In this document: positions 48,062 through 62,018 of the stretch, one piece after another
Layout: each line of letters begins with the position of its first letter
Numbering within the stretch: the stretch's first letter is position 1
Program-made: the position numbers and the translations under genes
The notes under the pieces: generated by a model
The model's input: only the letters and a program-made list of their open reading frames with translations
Told to the model about the DNA's origin: nothing
The model's database searches: none
Assembly (NCBI GenBank): GCA_964016885.1
Contig: OZ024759.1
Coordinates: 7,812,001-7,876,000, forward strand
Direction of reading: 5' to 3'
DNA: 64,000 nucleotides
Source of the DNA: Eledone cirrhosa
Lineage: Eukaryota

Positions 48062-50542
48062 GTACTACTGGTAACATGTAACCCAGTACAATCTGTCACA
48101 TGGTCGGGTTGACTGCGACTAAACTGGCAACACACCAAGGTGAGAAGGGTGATTTTGGACACCCTGCGGGACAAAAAACAAAACCTGACAAAGGGCGGAA
48201 GAACTCATAAGGGTCAACGTTCATCCAATAGTGTGTAAATTTGTATATTCTATGTGGGGGTGGGGGTGTATGGAACTAGGAGCATGTTCTATTAAAGTCA
48301 ATGTGTATGGGTGTGCATGGGACAGAGTGCATGCGTGTCTGTCTGTGTGTGTGAAGTCTTGAATACCATTTTGAGGCTGAGCAAAGTTAGATCAGGCAGG
48401 CTCTCCCAGCCTGGAGATGGAGTCCCAATGAGAAATACCAAGAAGGAAAACCTCTCAGAAACATGTGAAAAGCAACCAGAGGGCGCTGCTTGGAGGTCCT
48501 ATCAACAATGCCTCCACCTATGGGCTAGATAGGAGCTGTCTGTAGCTTTAAAATGACATGTGCAGTCCTGGTGACGTGTACTTGTATCCAGCCATCGAAA
48601 AAAGGGACGATTCATTGATTTGCACCAAGGTTCAAGCCCCTGCCTTTGCTGATTTTCCTGAAACACACCTCACCCTCTGAGACAGATCAGTCTTCAATCT
48701 GGACTCATCTAGGCAGACTGTTCTCAATAGAGCAGAAGTTAGATCAAAACCTCTCCTAAAGTGTAAACATCCCGCTCGCTTTAGTACATTCAACGTCAAT
48801 ACCCTTGGTCCTCCTGGAAGACTTGATGAGCTAGTAATGAGCCCTAAATCCAACGCTATTGACATCATCAGTCTTCAAGTGCATAGATATTTCCATCCAG
48901 ATCTAGACCTAAAGTTTACAAAATCTGACAATTTCCAGCTTGTCACTGCCTCTGCATACAAAACTCCAATAACGCCACTATTGGTGGAGTTGGTATGTTT
49001 CTCTCATCAAGGGCACGTGAGAACCTCATCAACATTGAAAAGATAGATGATAGAATAATGGTTGCCAAGTTCATTCAAATCCAAAACTCACATTTATATC
49101 TTGCTATAGCCCAACAAACAGCAGTGATGAAGAAATTACTGCCAGTTTCTATCAGTCTCTGAGATCGGTCATTGAAAACGTCCCTGCCCCTAATTTCCTT
49201 ACTATTGCAGGTGACTTCAGTGCCAAACTATGCCTTGACGATGTAAAATTCACCTTCAACACCAAAACAAATGGAAATGGTGAAATGCTTCTGCAGCTCC
49301 TTGACGAATTTGAACTCTTCTCATCTACAAACAACTTCATGAAAAAGCAATCCAAGCTCTGGTCATTCATCTACCCTACCTGTAGTAGAGCTCAATTGGA
49401 TTATATCCTATTTCAGAAACAATGGTGAACCAGTGTATGCGACTCTGAAACCTATTCCTCCTTCTTGTTGGATCTGATCACAGGATTGTCTCTTCCAAAG
49501 TTACTCTTAGCCCTCGCACTCCTAAGAATGTCTCTGCTGAGCCTACGAAACAAGTTGACTGGAGGTTAGTGTCATGAAATAAGGAGCTCTCCAGCTGGTA
49601 CACAATGTCTACAATAGGTTCTCTAAACTATCTTGTACTGATGATTGCATTGAGACTAAATACTCCAACCTAATTGTTGCATATGAGGAAGTTGCTCTTT
49701 CCAGCTGACCAAAAAGACCAAAAGGAAGCTCACGAAATTGAGCTCACATATCTTAATATCCTCAGCGCACAAAAAACTGCAAAGTCTGTCTTCTCAGTAC
49801 AACTCAAATCCAACTAGTTGACTGACAAGTGAAATGACCCGATACAAAAAAGACCTTGATGAGGCGGACACAACTGCTCTTGCAGAGTAGGTAGAAGGTA
49901 AAATAAACAAACTTTAGACCCTTCATATAAACAAACAGCACGCAGCTGCATGGGCTTTAATCAATGAGACAACTGGCAGAAAAAGAAGCTTTCACCCATC
50001 ATCAAAGGAGGCTCTCAAGAAGCAAGAAAAAAGAGCTGGACTGATGACCACTTCAAGGGTCTACTGGGTGAACCATCCTCTGTAGAAGGCAATCTCCCAA
50101 AGTCTGTGGTATCACCTGAACTCAACATCTCCACTCGACTTTTCACCTTGAGTGAGATCGACCAGGTGATCAAAACACTTGAAAACAAAAAAATCAACCA
50201 TCTCGACAACATACCCAGTATAATTTGGAAAGACCCAAACCTTACTTCAGTCCTATTATCAATCTGCAACGACTCCTTAAGCAACAAAACTCCTCCAAGT
50301 TGGCTAAAAGCAGGCATAGTTCCTGTCCCCCAAAAAGGTGACCTCTCATCCCCCCAAACTACCGAGGAATATCACTTATGCCCTTTGCTACCTAGGTCTA
50401 CAACAAGCTAATCCTCAACTGTCTAGTTCCGTATGTTGATCCAATCCTTCGCATCAACCAAAACAGTTTTAGGCGTGGTAGATCTACACTTGCACAGATT
50501 TTGGCCTTGAGAAGAATAGTGGAGGAGATGAGAAACTCTAAC

Positions 50543-50545
<3 letters not shown>
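48062..50545 (+). mobile_element. Decayed RTEX/RTE-like LINE: 5' UTR, APE and start of RT, cut off at (TA)n
   Basis: STFNVNTL, SCYSPTN, IAGDFSAK, AQLDYIL, IVPVPQKGDLS, GRSTLAQILALRRIVEE; many stops and frameshifts; clade assignment tentative. Confidence 0.8.
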
Positions 50546-50583
<38 letters not shown>

Positions 50584-50594
50584 CTTTTACAAAC

Positions 50595-53290
50595 AGCCTC
50601 AATGACAGAGAACGGAGACATCGTTATGCTAGCAGGAGACTTCAATGGTCATGTTGGACAGCTCCAGGATGGATATACTGGGGTACATGGTGGGCACGAT
50701 TACAGCTCAAGAAATGAAGAAGGAGTGAATGAGGCTTCTTGAATTTTGTGATGCAAATGCACTAAGCATTTGCAACACTAACTTCCAGAAGCCTACCAAT
50801 CACCTACAAATCAGGCGAGCACATAAGCCAGATTGACTTCCTGCTAGTTAGACAGCAAGACAGACAGATGGTGTCAAATACCAAGGCATACCCTGGGGAA
50901 GAATGTACCCCACAGCATAGGTTAGTCGTTAGTGATATCTCAGTAAGCAAGAGATGGAATGAGACATACAGGAAGGTGTGGAGAAGAAAGGTCTGGAAGC
51001 TAAAAGACCTTTCACTAAAATACAAATTTAGGAAAGCACTTCAAGATGTGTATGACAAAAAAGAAGACGATTTAGAGTCGTATGACATAGATAATAACTG
51101 GAATTTCTTACGTGACAACTTACTGCAGGCTACTGATGAAACTTGTGGCTGGAGCAGAGCTCCAACCAGACAGAGAGCGACCTGGTGGTGGAACAGCACA
51201 GTAGATAAGGCCATTAGAGACAAAAGACTAGCATGGAAGGCTTGGAAAAAGGGGTGGGAGTAGGGAAGGATATACAACCACTAAGAGTGTACTTAGGTGT
51301 ACTAAGGTGTACTTAGCACGCAGGGAGGCAGAGAGTAGGAGGTTTGCCAATGTTCTGCGACGGGAAGATCAGAGGCGTGCAGTGTTCCACATTGCAAGGC
51401 AGTGTGTCAGTACAAATCAGGATGTTGTTGGAGATAAATGTGTCCGGAATGATGCCGGTGTACTTAGTGTCACGAATGATCAAAAAAAGGAGGCCTGGAA
51501 ATGTCATTATGAGAGACTGATGAATGTGGAGAACGAATGAGAGAGAGAGAAATTACCCTTGGTAGATCCGACAGAGGGACCAGCTATTGAGATTGACGAA
51601 TATAGGGTACAAGAGGCAATTAAGTAAACGAAGAATGGTAAGGCTGCTGGACCGTTGCGGATAGTTGCAGAGATGCTGAAGGCATCAGGAGAAGTAGGCA
51701 CTAAACTAGTTGCACGCATCATCAATCAGGCTATATATATGGTGGTGTCATACCCAAAGACTGGTGCAGCAGTATTCTCATAAATTGCTACAAAGGTAAA
51801 GGGGATGCTCTGGAGAGAAGCAATTATAGGGGTATAAAACTGATAGATCAGGTTATGAAAGTGGCAGAGAGAATATTAGCGCAACTGATTAGTGAAAGGG
51901 TCAAATTAGATGAGATGCAGTTTGGTTTTGTGCCTGGGAAGAGTACAACAGATGCCCTCTTCTTGGTGAGACAACTACAAGAGAGGTTCTTAGAGAAGAA
52001 TAAGCCACTATACTTAGCTTTTGTTGACCTAGAGAAGGCCTTTGATAGGGTACCCCGATCTGTCATCTGGTGGTCCCTAAGGAAACTATGTGTAGAGGAA
52101 TGGCTTGTGAGGACAGTGCAAACTTTGTACAGAGGTACTGTCAGTAAAGTGAGGGTAGGAATGGAGTTTAGTGAGGAATTCCAGATACAAGTAGGAGTAC
52201 ATCAGGGTTCGGTCCTCAGCTCACTCTTGTTCATTATAGTCCTCCAAGCCATAACAAAGGAGTTTAAGAGTGGCTACCCATGGGAACTTCTCTATGATGA
52301 CAATCTGATTCTTATAGCAGAATCAGTAGAGGAGCTAGAGAATGAATTCTGGCTATGGAAACAGCAGTTGGAAGCAAGAGGACTGAGAGTGAACCTAGCT
52401 ATGACTAAAGTGTTGATGAGTAGAAGAGAGGACAATACTCTGATTCCATCAGGGAAATGGCCATGTTCGATATGTAGGAAAGGAACTGGCATAAATTCTA
52501 TAAAATGTATGCAATGCAGATCTTGGGTACACAAGAGATGTAGTGGGATAGCAGGCAAACTAACAGGTAGGGAGTAATATGTATGCAGTAGATGTACAGG
52601 GAAATTTGACAGTAGTAATCGCAGTGATAGACACATTTTTCCAATGCAGGTGGGTTCTATAGAAGTGGTTGCTAGCATCTGGTACCAAAGTGATCAGATT
52701 AGCATAGGAGGGGGTGTTCCGAGGCCATAGTATCTAGAATAAGGACGTGTTGGAAGAAGTTTAGGGAGCTGTTTCCTCTGTTGACTAAGAAGGGTTTCTC
52801 CCTGTGTACGAAAGGATGGTTATATGATGCCTGTGTGAGATGCGCGATGCTGCATGGTAGTGAGACATGGGCAGCAACTGCAGAGGATATGCGACGGCTG
52901 GAGAGAAATGAAGCAAGCATGCTCTATTGGATGTGCAATGTCAATGTGGGTGAACGACCAAGCATAGACGAGTTAAGAAAGAAACTGGGTATAAGAGGGA
53001 TAAGTTGTGGTGTGGGGGAGAAGGCTGAGATGGTATGGACATGTGATGCGCATGGAGAATGACCAATGGGTGAAGAAGTGCCAAGAAGTCCCAGTAGAAG
53101 GAAGATGCAGTAGAGGAAGACCACGAAAATCATTGGCGGAGGTGGTGAGAGCAGACCTCAGATCGCTGAAGCTCACGGTGGAGATGAAGAAGGACCGTGA
53201 CGAGTGGAGAGACTCTGTGCTGAATAAGACCCGTCCAACCCTTGCAAGCAGGGAAAAGCAGACGTAAAATGATGAGTATGATGATGATGG
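50595..53290 (+). mobile_element. Decayed RTE LINE (subfamily C), APE C-terminal part to 3' end
   Basis: AGDFNGHVG, PQHRLVV, FVDLEKAFD, multiple stops; short 3' UTR ending cccttgcaagcagggaaaagcagacgtaaaatgatga. Confidence 0.92.
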
Positions 53291-53415
53291 GTGAAAGCAG
53301 CGATTCTTTGCTTAATCTTCAATCTGTTATTTTAATAAATATTTGCTCTAGGGTTCTTATATATTTGATATATATTTATCCCTATTGAGCTCTCTTTGGA
53401 TTTTAGTCTTCAAAT

Positions 53416-53597
53416 TTGGCAGTATCGGTAGAGGGTTGGACGCCATGCTTTCTAGCATAGTTACGTCCCTTTACATCCCGAGTTCAAATCCCGCCAAGTT
53501 TAATTTTGCCTTTCATCCTTACGGGGTCGATAAAATAAAGTACCAGTAATGTACTGGGTAATTGCTGGCCTTGTGCCAAAAGTAGAAACAATTATTA
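53416..53597 (+). mobile_element. tRNA-derived SINE (Nin/Deu-like)
   Basis: Homologous to the 5235 and 25696 copies. Confidence 0.85.
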
Positions 53598-53632
53598 CTA
53601 TATATATCATATATATATATATATATATGATC

Positions 53633-53958
53633 ACATGGCTTAGAGGTTAGAACATTGGCCTTGCAATCGAAAGGTTGTGAGTTCAATTCTCAGACTGGGT
53701 GATGTGTTGTTTCCTTGAGCAAGACACTTTTTTTCACATTGCTCCAGTTTACTCAGCTGTAGAAATGAGATGATAGGGACTGGGGTCCCTATCATTCCAC
53801 TGCAAAGTGGTCGTGGAGGTGCCACGGAAAAAAAGCACCCAGCACTCACTGTAAATGAGGTTGGTGTTAGGAAGGGCATCCAGCTGTAGAAATCAAGCCA
53901 GAATCAGTTCCCATCCCACCCTTGCAAGCAGGGAGAGGTGGACGTAAAATGAAATGAA
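53633..53958 (+). mobile_element. tRNA-derived SINE with RTE tail
   Basis: Near-identical to 36466-36800. Confidence 0.9.
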
Positions 53959-54260
53959 ATATATATATATATATATATATATATGACCTTAATACCTTTA
54001 TACATAATATACTTAATTTTCACTTTTCACCATTGCTCCTTGTAATTGTGTTTTCTGTGGCATAACATTCTTTTATAACTCCTGATTTTCTGTATGATGT
54101 CTATGACACTGACAATAGTTATGTATCTTTATAAATGTTCTGAAGATTTTAATCACCTGTTTAGACATTCCTTATGCTCTGATGATTCCAGACATTTGTC
54201 AGCATATAAATGTATTAAACTGAGATTTGATTGTTTTAATATTCGTATATATATATACAC

Positions 54261-54370
<110 letters not shown>

Positions 54371-54381
54371 TTATATATTAT

Positions 54382-55793
54382 ATATTGTTATACTTTGGGA
54401 GGGTCATGTTGCCAATAAGAAACACACGCACCAGTTGCTTTCACTCTAATTTATTATAAATTAAATTTATAAATTTAAGAATTTATAAATTTCCGGTTGG
54501 TTGGTTGGTTCCACAACCGAACGGTTGTTCATATATTGTCAAAGTTCTTTCCTCACACATTCTGTGACCTCTTCAGTGACTGGGGATTCTTTTCTTTGTT
54601 TTGTCCTCTCCTTTGTTCTGTCCTACGCCATCTTGTTTTTGTGTGTGCTGTGCACCCAGTTTGCACATGCGCCACATCCGGGTGTCTGTGTGTGTTTTTA
54701 TTTGTTCATTTATTTGTTTATTTACATGTTACCGGCCGGCCGTTTGCTCCACGTATGTGTGCCCCCACCTTGTCCCCAACTGCAAGTTGTGATGTTGCCA
54801 CTCCACCCATGCCCTCTATTCAACTCCGGTTGGAGTTCATCTATGTCCACTGCCCCCGTGATTTGGCCAAACACCGCGTCTCCTCCGTGTGTAGATTTTA
54901 CCTCCACTTCCATGTTCTCCAATTTTCCCCCATGTTCCATCCTAGCATGCCGGTGGAGCATTGATGTCTCCCCCCACCCTGAAGCTCTCGCCAGTGTTCA
55001 CCCAACCGTTTTCCCACACCACGAGCCACCTCACCTATGTACACTACATTCCTATCTTTACATTGTCCCCCAGCACATCCTACGCTATATACTACATTTC
55101 TAGTTTTACAGTCAACATGGGGCCCAGTTTACAGACCACGCATCTCTCATCTACACAGTGAGGTCTCTGAAAAGGGCATGTATCACTAATAAGTGGTTCT
55201 ACGGAGGCACCCGGTCCTTCCACCATCTTAATACCAAGTTTAAGTTTATCTAGGGCCCCTCTAAATTTGCAAGCCAATTCACCTCTAGGGGACGCGGTGT
55301 TTGGATAAATCACGGGGGCAGTGGACATAGATGAACTCCAAGCGGAGTTGAGTAGAGGGCATGGGTGGAGTGGCAACATCACAACTTGCAGTTGGGGACA
55401 AGGTGGGGGAACACACACACACGTGGAGCAAACGCCCGGCCGGTAACATGTAAATAAACAAATAAATGAACAAATAAAAACACACACAGACACCCGGATG
55501 TGGCGCATGTGCAAACTGGGTGCACAACACACACAAAAACAAGATGGCGTAGGACAGAACAAAGGAGAGGACAAAACAAAGAAAAGAATCCCCAGTCACT
55601 GAAGAGGTCACAGAATGTGTGAGGAAAGAACTTTGACAATATATGAACAACAGTCCGGTTGTGGAACCAACCAACCAACCGGAAATTTATAAATTCTTAA
55701 ATTTATAAATTTAATTCATAATAAATTGGAGTGAAAGCAACTGGTGCATGTGTTTCTTATTGGCAACATGACCCTCCCAAAATATAACAATAT
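54382..55793 (-). mobile_element. Second Penelope-like remnant: GIY-YIG 3' fragment between about 500-bp inverted arms
   Basis: Minus strand CKTRNVVYSVGC...C...VVYIGEVARGVGKRLGEHW (about 54975-55110); arms 54382-54880 and 55291-55793. Confidence 0.85.
55595..55637 (+). ncRNA. Hammerhead-like motif (mirror copy on - strand at 54538-54580)
   Basis: gtca-CTGAAGA-gg-tcaca/tgtga-g-GAAA-gaac-TT-tgac; stem II closing pair is mismatched. Confidence 0.55.
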
Positions 55794-55849
55794 CGGTTTC
55801 AACACACGTTTTCAGATAAAGAATCTTGCTAAACAAATTCAGAAACGAA

Positions 55850-55908
<59 letters not shown>

Positions 55909-55957
55909 AATGAAAATTTTCAATGTTTGTATATCGATTTGGATATAGAATTTAATT

Positions 55958-56005
<48 letters not shown>

Positions 56006-56071
56006 GATGAAAATTTTCGAATATTAATAACATTGTATTCAGCCATGTAGAGCGAAGATTTTCTTTTTATA

Positions 56072-58112
56072 TAAATGAGGAGAATGCATGGGAAGAAGAG
56101 ACCCTACCCCACGTAGACCCTATAGAGGGACCAGCAGTACAAGTCAGCGGCAGCGTAGTAAGTAAGGCAATCAGAGATATGAAGATAGGGAAGGCAACCG
56201 GTCCATCGGGTATAGCTGCCGAGATGCTGAAGGCATCTGGGTCTGTAGGTCACACTATAACCACACGTATCGTTAACCAGGTAATACTAGAGGGGGCCAT
56301 ACCAAAAGATTGGTGCAGTAGCATCATTGTCAACTGCTACAAAGGTAAAGGCGATGCACTAGATCGAGGAAACTATAGAGGTATAAAGTTGATGGACCAG
56401 GTCATGAAAGTAACAGAAAGAGTTATAGCACAGCTGATTAGGGACCGGGTGAATATAGACGAGATGCAATTTGGGTTTGTTCCAGGGAAAGGCACCACTG
56501 ATGCGCTCTTCCTTGTGAGGCAATTACAGGAAAAGTACCTAGCTAAAAGTAAGCCACTCTACTTGGCATTTGTCGACCTTGAGAAAGCCTTTGACAGAGT
56601 TCCACGTGCAGTAATCTGGTGGGCTCTTAGAAAACTAGGAGTAGATGAATGGCTTGTGAAAGCGGTACAAGCCATGTATAGGGGAGCAGTCAGCAAAGTT
56701 AGGATTGGCAATGAGTATAGCGAGGAATTTAGCGTACAGGTTGGGGTCCACCAGGGCTCTGTTCTTAGCCCTCTCCTGTTCATCATAGTCCTGCAGGCAA
56801 TAACGGAGGAGTTTAAGACCGGATGCCCATGGGAACTCCTGTATGCTGATGACCTCGTACTCATAGCTGAATCTATGGTAGAACTAGAGAATAAATTCCA
56901 AACCTGGAAGCAGGGACTAGAGAGAAAGGGCCTCAAAGTCAACATGACAAAGACTAAGGTCCTTATAAGTAGACGAGAAAACAGAACCCAGATCCCCTCA
57001 GGGAAATGGCCTTGCTCAGTATGTAGGAAAGGTGTAGGTAGGAACTCCATTCTTTTCCCCAAATGCAAACAATGGGTACACAAGAGATGTAGCGGGATCT
57101 CAGGAAGCTTAATTAAGAATGTAGGATTCACATGCAGCAGCTGTGCTGAAACAGCAAGCAAACAGCCACAGGAAACAAGTACCACCAATCTCTGGGAGGG
57201 CCCTGTAGAAACAGTAGACAGCTTCTGCTACCTAGGTGACCGAATTAGCAACGGAGGTGGGTGCTCAGAAAGTACAATAACTAGGGTAAGAACGGGATGG
57301 AAGAAGTTTAGGGAACTACTACCACTGCTAGCTGCAAAAGGCTTCTCCCTCAGAATGAAAGGCAGACTGTATGATGCGTGTATCCGAACAGCGATGTTGC
57401 ATGGTAGTGAGACCTGGGCGCTGAAGGTGGAAGACTTACGTAGATTAGAGAGAAACGAAGCCTGCATGCTCCGATGGATGTGTAACAGTAATATACGTGA
57501 ACGACAAAGCATAAATGAATTGAGAGAGAGACTGAGCATAAGAGGAATCAAATGCTGCGTGCAGGAGAGGCGGTTACGCTGGTATGGACATGTGATGCGT
57601 ATGAAGGATGACAGCTGCATAAAAAGGTGCAGAGCACTAGAAGTTGATGGAAACCGCGGAGTGGGGAGACCCAAGATGACTTGGGATGAGGTGATAAAAG
57701 CCGACCTTACCCAACTACACCTCTCAAAGTCAATGACACACGACCGTGACCTCTGGCGTCACGCAGTAATACAGGGTACCCGACCTCCCATGGGTACATG
57801 CTGAAGCATATAAACAATATGCCCCCCCACCCCCCACCGCAAGGTGGTCGTGGAGGTGCCACGGCAAAAAAGCACCCAGCCCACACTGTAAAGTGGACGT
57901 GTAGGCGCCACGAAAAAGCACCCAGCACTCACTGTAAATGAGGTTGGTGTTAGGAAGGGCATCCAGCTGTAGAAATCAAGCCAGATCAGTTCCTGTATGA
58001 GCAAGGCATGGTCAGCCGACCAGACACTGCCCACAACAGGACAACCCGTCTAACCCATGCTAGCGTGGAAGAACGGACGTAAAACGGTGATGATGATGAT
58101 GATGATGATGAT
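56072..58112 (+). mobile_element. 5'-truncated RTE LINE (subfamily B) with open RT ORF to 57804
   Basis: Nearly identical to 28671-30704. Confidence 0.96.
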
Positions 58113-58210
58113 ATGTGTGTGTATGTGTATATATGTGTATGCATATATATATATATAGATATATATAATATATGTATGTATATATATGTGTGTGTGTGTG
58201 TGTATATATG

Positions 58211-59275
58211 TCATCATCATCATCATCGTTTAACGTCCATCTTCCACGCTAGCATGGGTTTAGACGGGAATTGTCCCACGTGAGGCAAGATTGGTTGTCT
58301 TGCTCGTATAGGACTGTCTGGCAGGTTTTCTACAGTTGGATGCCCTTCCTGACACCAACCACGTTTACAGTGTGGGCTGGGAGGTTTTTACCGTGTTACT
58401 TACACGGCCACATTACAGCGTGGACTGTGTGTTTTTTTGTCGTGACACCTACACAACCTCATTTATTTAGGACTGGATGTTGTGGCACCAACATAACTTA
58501 ACAGAGAAAGGGGTGGTGTTGGTGGGGTAGTGCGACAGGGGTGTATTTTGGTTAAGAGGTGCCTATTGACTGTAAGTTTTGTACTTAAGCAAGGCGGGTC
58601 TTCTGTATTACTGCATAGCGCCAAAGATCTCGGTCCAGTGACATTGTCTTGCAGATATGTGTGTAAGGTCGGAATTTATCAAGTCGTCCCAGGTTTTTCT
58701 GGGTCTGCCTACTCCGTAGCTACCGTCTATTTTGATCGCTCTGCACTTTTTTTATACAGCTGTCGTCTTTCATGCGCATCACGTGACCATATCAACGTAG
58801 TTTTCTCTCGAGTAAACAACATCTGATCCCTCTTATTTCTAATTTCTCCCTTAGTTCGTTTATGCTTTGCCGTTCACGTATATTACTATTACACATCCAG
58901 CGGAGCATGCAAGCTTCGTTCCTCTCCAGTATGCGTATATCCTCTGCACACAATGCCCAGGTCTCACTGCCATGCAACATTGCTGTTCGTATACAGGCAT
59001 CATACAATCTGCCTTTCATTTTTAGGGAGAACCCTTTAGCGGCCAATAGTGGTATAAGCTCTCTGAACTTTTTCCATCCCGTTCTGACTCTAGCTACAGT
59101 ACTTTCAGAGCACCCTCCCCCACTGCTGATTTTGTCACCCAGGTAACGGAAGCTGTCCACTATTTCTATAGAACCATCTGGGCAATGGAAGGAGGTAGTG
59201 TGCTGTGGACACTTGTTGCTACTTATTGCACCAGAGCACCGGCCACATATAAAGTCTATGTTCTTAGTTAGCTTA
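58211..59275 (-). mobile_element. RTE LINE (subfamily A) 3' fragment
   Basis: DSFRYLGDKISSGGGCSESTVARVR on the minus strand plus 3' UTR and tail. Confidence 0.92.
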
Positions 59276-59699
59276 TGTATGCATATATATCATCATCATC
59301 ATCATCACCATTTTACATCTGTTCTTCTACACGCTAGCATGGGTTAGACAGGTTGTCCTGTTGTGGATATATGTATATATATGTATGTGTGTATATATAT
59401 ATTATATGTATGTATAAGTATGTGTGTATGTATATGCATGATGGCTGCAAACTCTGCTAAGAGTATTGCAATCACTTGTCAGATTACAGAAAATGGTGTG
59501 CTTTTAGGCTACGGCCAGCCACACGAACCTGTAACAGATGCTGAACAAGCAATGCCCATGATTTGAAGTTTTTTTATATGGGGAAAGGCCTTGCACTCGA
59601 CCAATCCCACTCTCAGAGCATTGAAAACACTACCTGAAAAGGAGAACTGGTTGACATCAATGGATGCTTTTTTTTTTTTTTTAGAGTTTCCCTCTCCTA

Positions 59700-59930
59700 G
59701 AAAAGTGTTGTGACAACTGAAGCCTTTCACTCCTAGGTGAACAAAAAACTACTATTTGGATGGCCGTTGGCTCTGAGTTCCTCCACCCTTTGTTGGATAT
59801 TGTACTTCATCCCGCAGGGTGTCCATATGTCACCCTTCTCACCAAGCACACTTGCTGGGGTTGCTGGTTTAGTTGCCGACGACCCGACCATGAGACAGGC
59901 TGTACTGGGTTACATGTTACCAGTAGCACT
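59700..59930 (-). mobile_element. 5' UTR fragment of the RTEX-like LINE
   Basis: Reverse complement matches 48064-48230 (ctggtaacatgtaacccagtaca...ggacaccctgcggga). Confidence 0.75.
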
Positions 59931-59965
59931 TGTTCGCGATCTGACATATATACATATATACATAT

Positions 59966-61325
59966 GCGAGGAATTTAGCGTACAGGTCGGTGTCCACCAG
60001 GGCTCTGTTCTTAGCCCTCTCCTGTTCATCATAGTCATGCAGGCAATAACGGAGGAGTTTAAGACCAGATGCCCATGGGAACTCCTGTATGCGGATGATC
60101 TCGCACTTATAGCTGAATCTATGGTAGAGCTAGAGAAGAAATTCCAAACATGGAAGCAGGGACTAGAAAGAAAGGGTCTCAAAGTCAACCTGACAAAGAC
60201 TAAGGTCAAACCTGACAAAGATTAAGTAGATGAGAAAACAGAACCCAGATCCCCTCAGGGAAATGGTCTTGCTCAGTATGAAGGAAAGGTGTAGGTAGGA
60301 ACTCAATCCTCTGCCCCAAATGCAAACAACGGGTACACAAGAGATGTAGTGGGATCTCAGGAAGCTTAACTAAGAATGTAGGCTTCACATGTAGCAGCTG
60401 CGCTGGGACAGCAAGCAGCAAACGACCACAGGAAACAAGCACCACCAAACTCTGGAAGGGCTCTGTAGAAACAGTAGACAGCTTCTGCTACCTAGGTGAC
60501 CGAATTAGCAGCGGAGGTGGGTGTTCAGAAAGTACAATAACTAGGGTAAGAACGGGATGGAAGAAGTTCAGGGAACTACTGCCACTGCTAGCTGCAAAAG
60601 GCTTCTCCCTCAAAATGAAAGGCAGACTGTATGATGCGTGTATCCGAACAGCAATGTTACTTGGTAGTGAGACCTGGGTGTTGTGTGTAGAAGACTTGCG
60701 TAGATTAGAAAGAAACGAAGCCTGCATGCTCCGATGGATGTGTAATAGTAATATACGCGAACGACAAAGCATAAATGAATTGAGAGAGAGACTGAGCATA
60801 AGAGGAATCAAATAATGTGTGCAGGAGAGGAGGTTGCGTTGGTATGGACATGTGATGCATATGAAGGATGACAGCTGCATAAAAAGGTGCAGAGCACTAG
60901 AAGTCGATGGAAGCCGCGGAGTTGGGAGACCCAAGAAGACCTGGGATGAGGTGATAAAAGCCGATCTTACCCAATTGCACCTCTCAACGGTGATGACACA
61001 TGACCGTGACCTCTGGTGTCACAGAGTAATACAGAAGACCCGACTTCCGACGGGTACAAGCCAATGCTGAAGCATATAAACAATATGCCCCCACACCCTC
61101 CCACTGCAAAGTAGTTGTGTAGGCGCCACAGAAAAAAAGCACCCAGCACTCACTGTAAATGAGGTTGGTGTTAGGAAGGGCATCCAGCTGTAGAAATCAA
61201 GCCAGAATCAGTTCCCGTATGAGCAAGACAAGGTCAGCCGACTGGACACTGCCCACAACAGGACAACCTGTCCAACCCATGCTAGCGTGGAAGAACGGAT
61301 GTAAAACGGTGATGATGATGATGAT
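59966..61325 (+). mobile_element. RTE LINE (subfamily B) 3' fragment with stops and frameshift
   Basis: GVHQGSVLSPLLF, YADD, 3' UTR and (GAT)n tail. Confidence 0.93.
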
Positions 61326-61553
61326 ACATACTTACGTATATACTTTTTTTTTTGTATTTCTTATCTGAAAACTTGTGTTGAAACAGATATTGTTATACTT
61401 TGGGGGGGTCATGTTGCCAATTAAAACACTACCACCTGTCGATTTTCATTTGAATTTATTATAAATTTCCAGTTAGTTTAATAACAAATAATCACTGAGG
61501 AGGTTATAGCTTTGATAATAAATTAATAAATAATCATTCGATTATTATACTAG

Positions 61554-61721
61554 TCAACTGGTAATTTATAATAAATTGAAGTGAAAAGCAGCAGATGTTT
61601 GTGATTTTATTAACAGCATGACCCTATATATATATATATATATATATATAGGGTCATGCTGTTAATAAAAACACAAACATCTGCTGCTTTTCACTTCAAT
61701 TTATTATAAATTTCCAGTTGA
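61554..61721. repeat. Inverted repeat (about 70-bp arms) around a (TA)n core; related to the Penelope-like 3' terminus
   Basis: ...aacagcatgaccc(ta)n gggtcatgctgtt...; similar to 55716-55775. Confidence 0.85.
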
Positions 61722-61921
61722 TTATATATATATATTGGTAAACAGAAAAGAAAATGCTGACAAATTGTTCACAGTGAAAAATAGTTTAATTAGGAATAAG
61801 TGAGAATTAGTCATAGTATTGGTTAGTATTCAGTTTGGGTTTTTAGTTTTACCGGTTGCGCATTTCTAATGCTTTTCAAAAATAATTTTTAGATAGAGCG
61901 TCCGTGATGTTTGCTCTGATC

Positions 61922-61965
<44 letters not shown>

Positions 61966-61975
61966 TAGCAGCATG

Positions 61976-62018
<43 letters not shown>

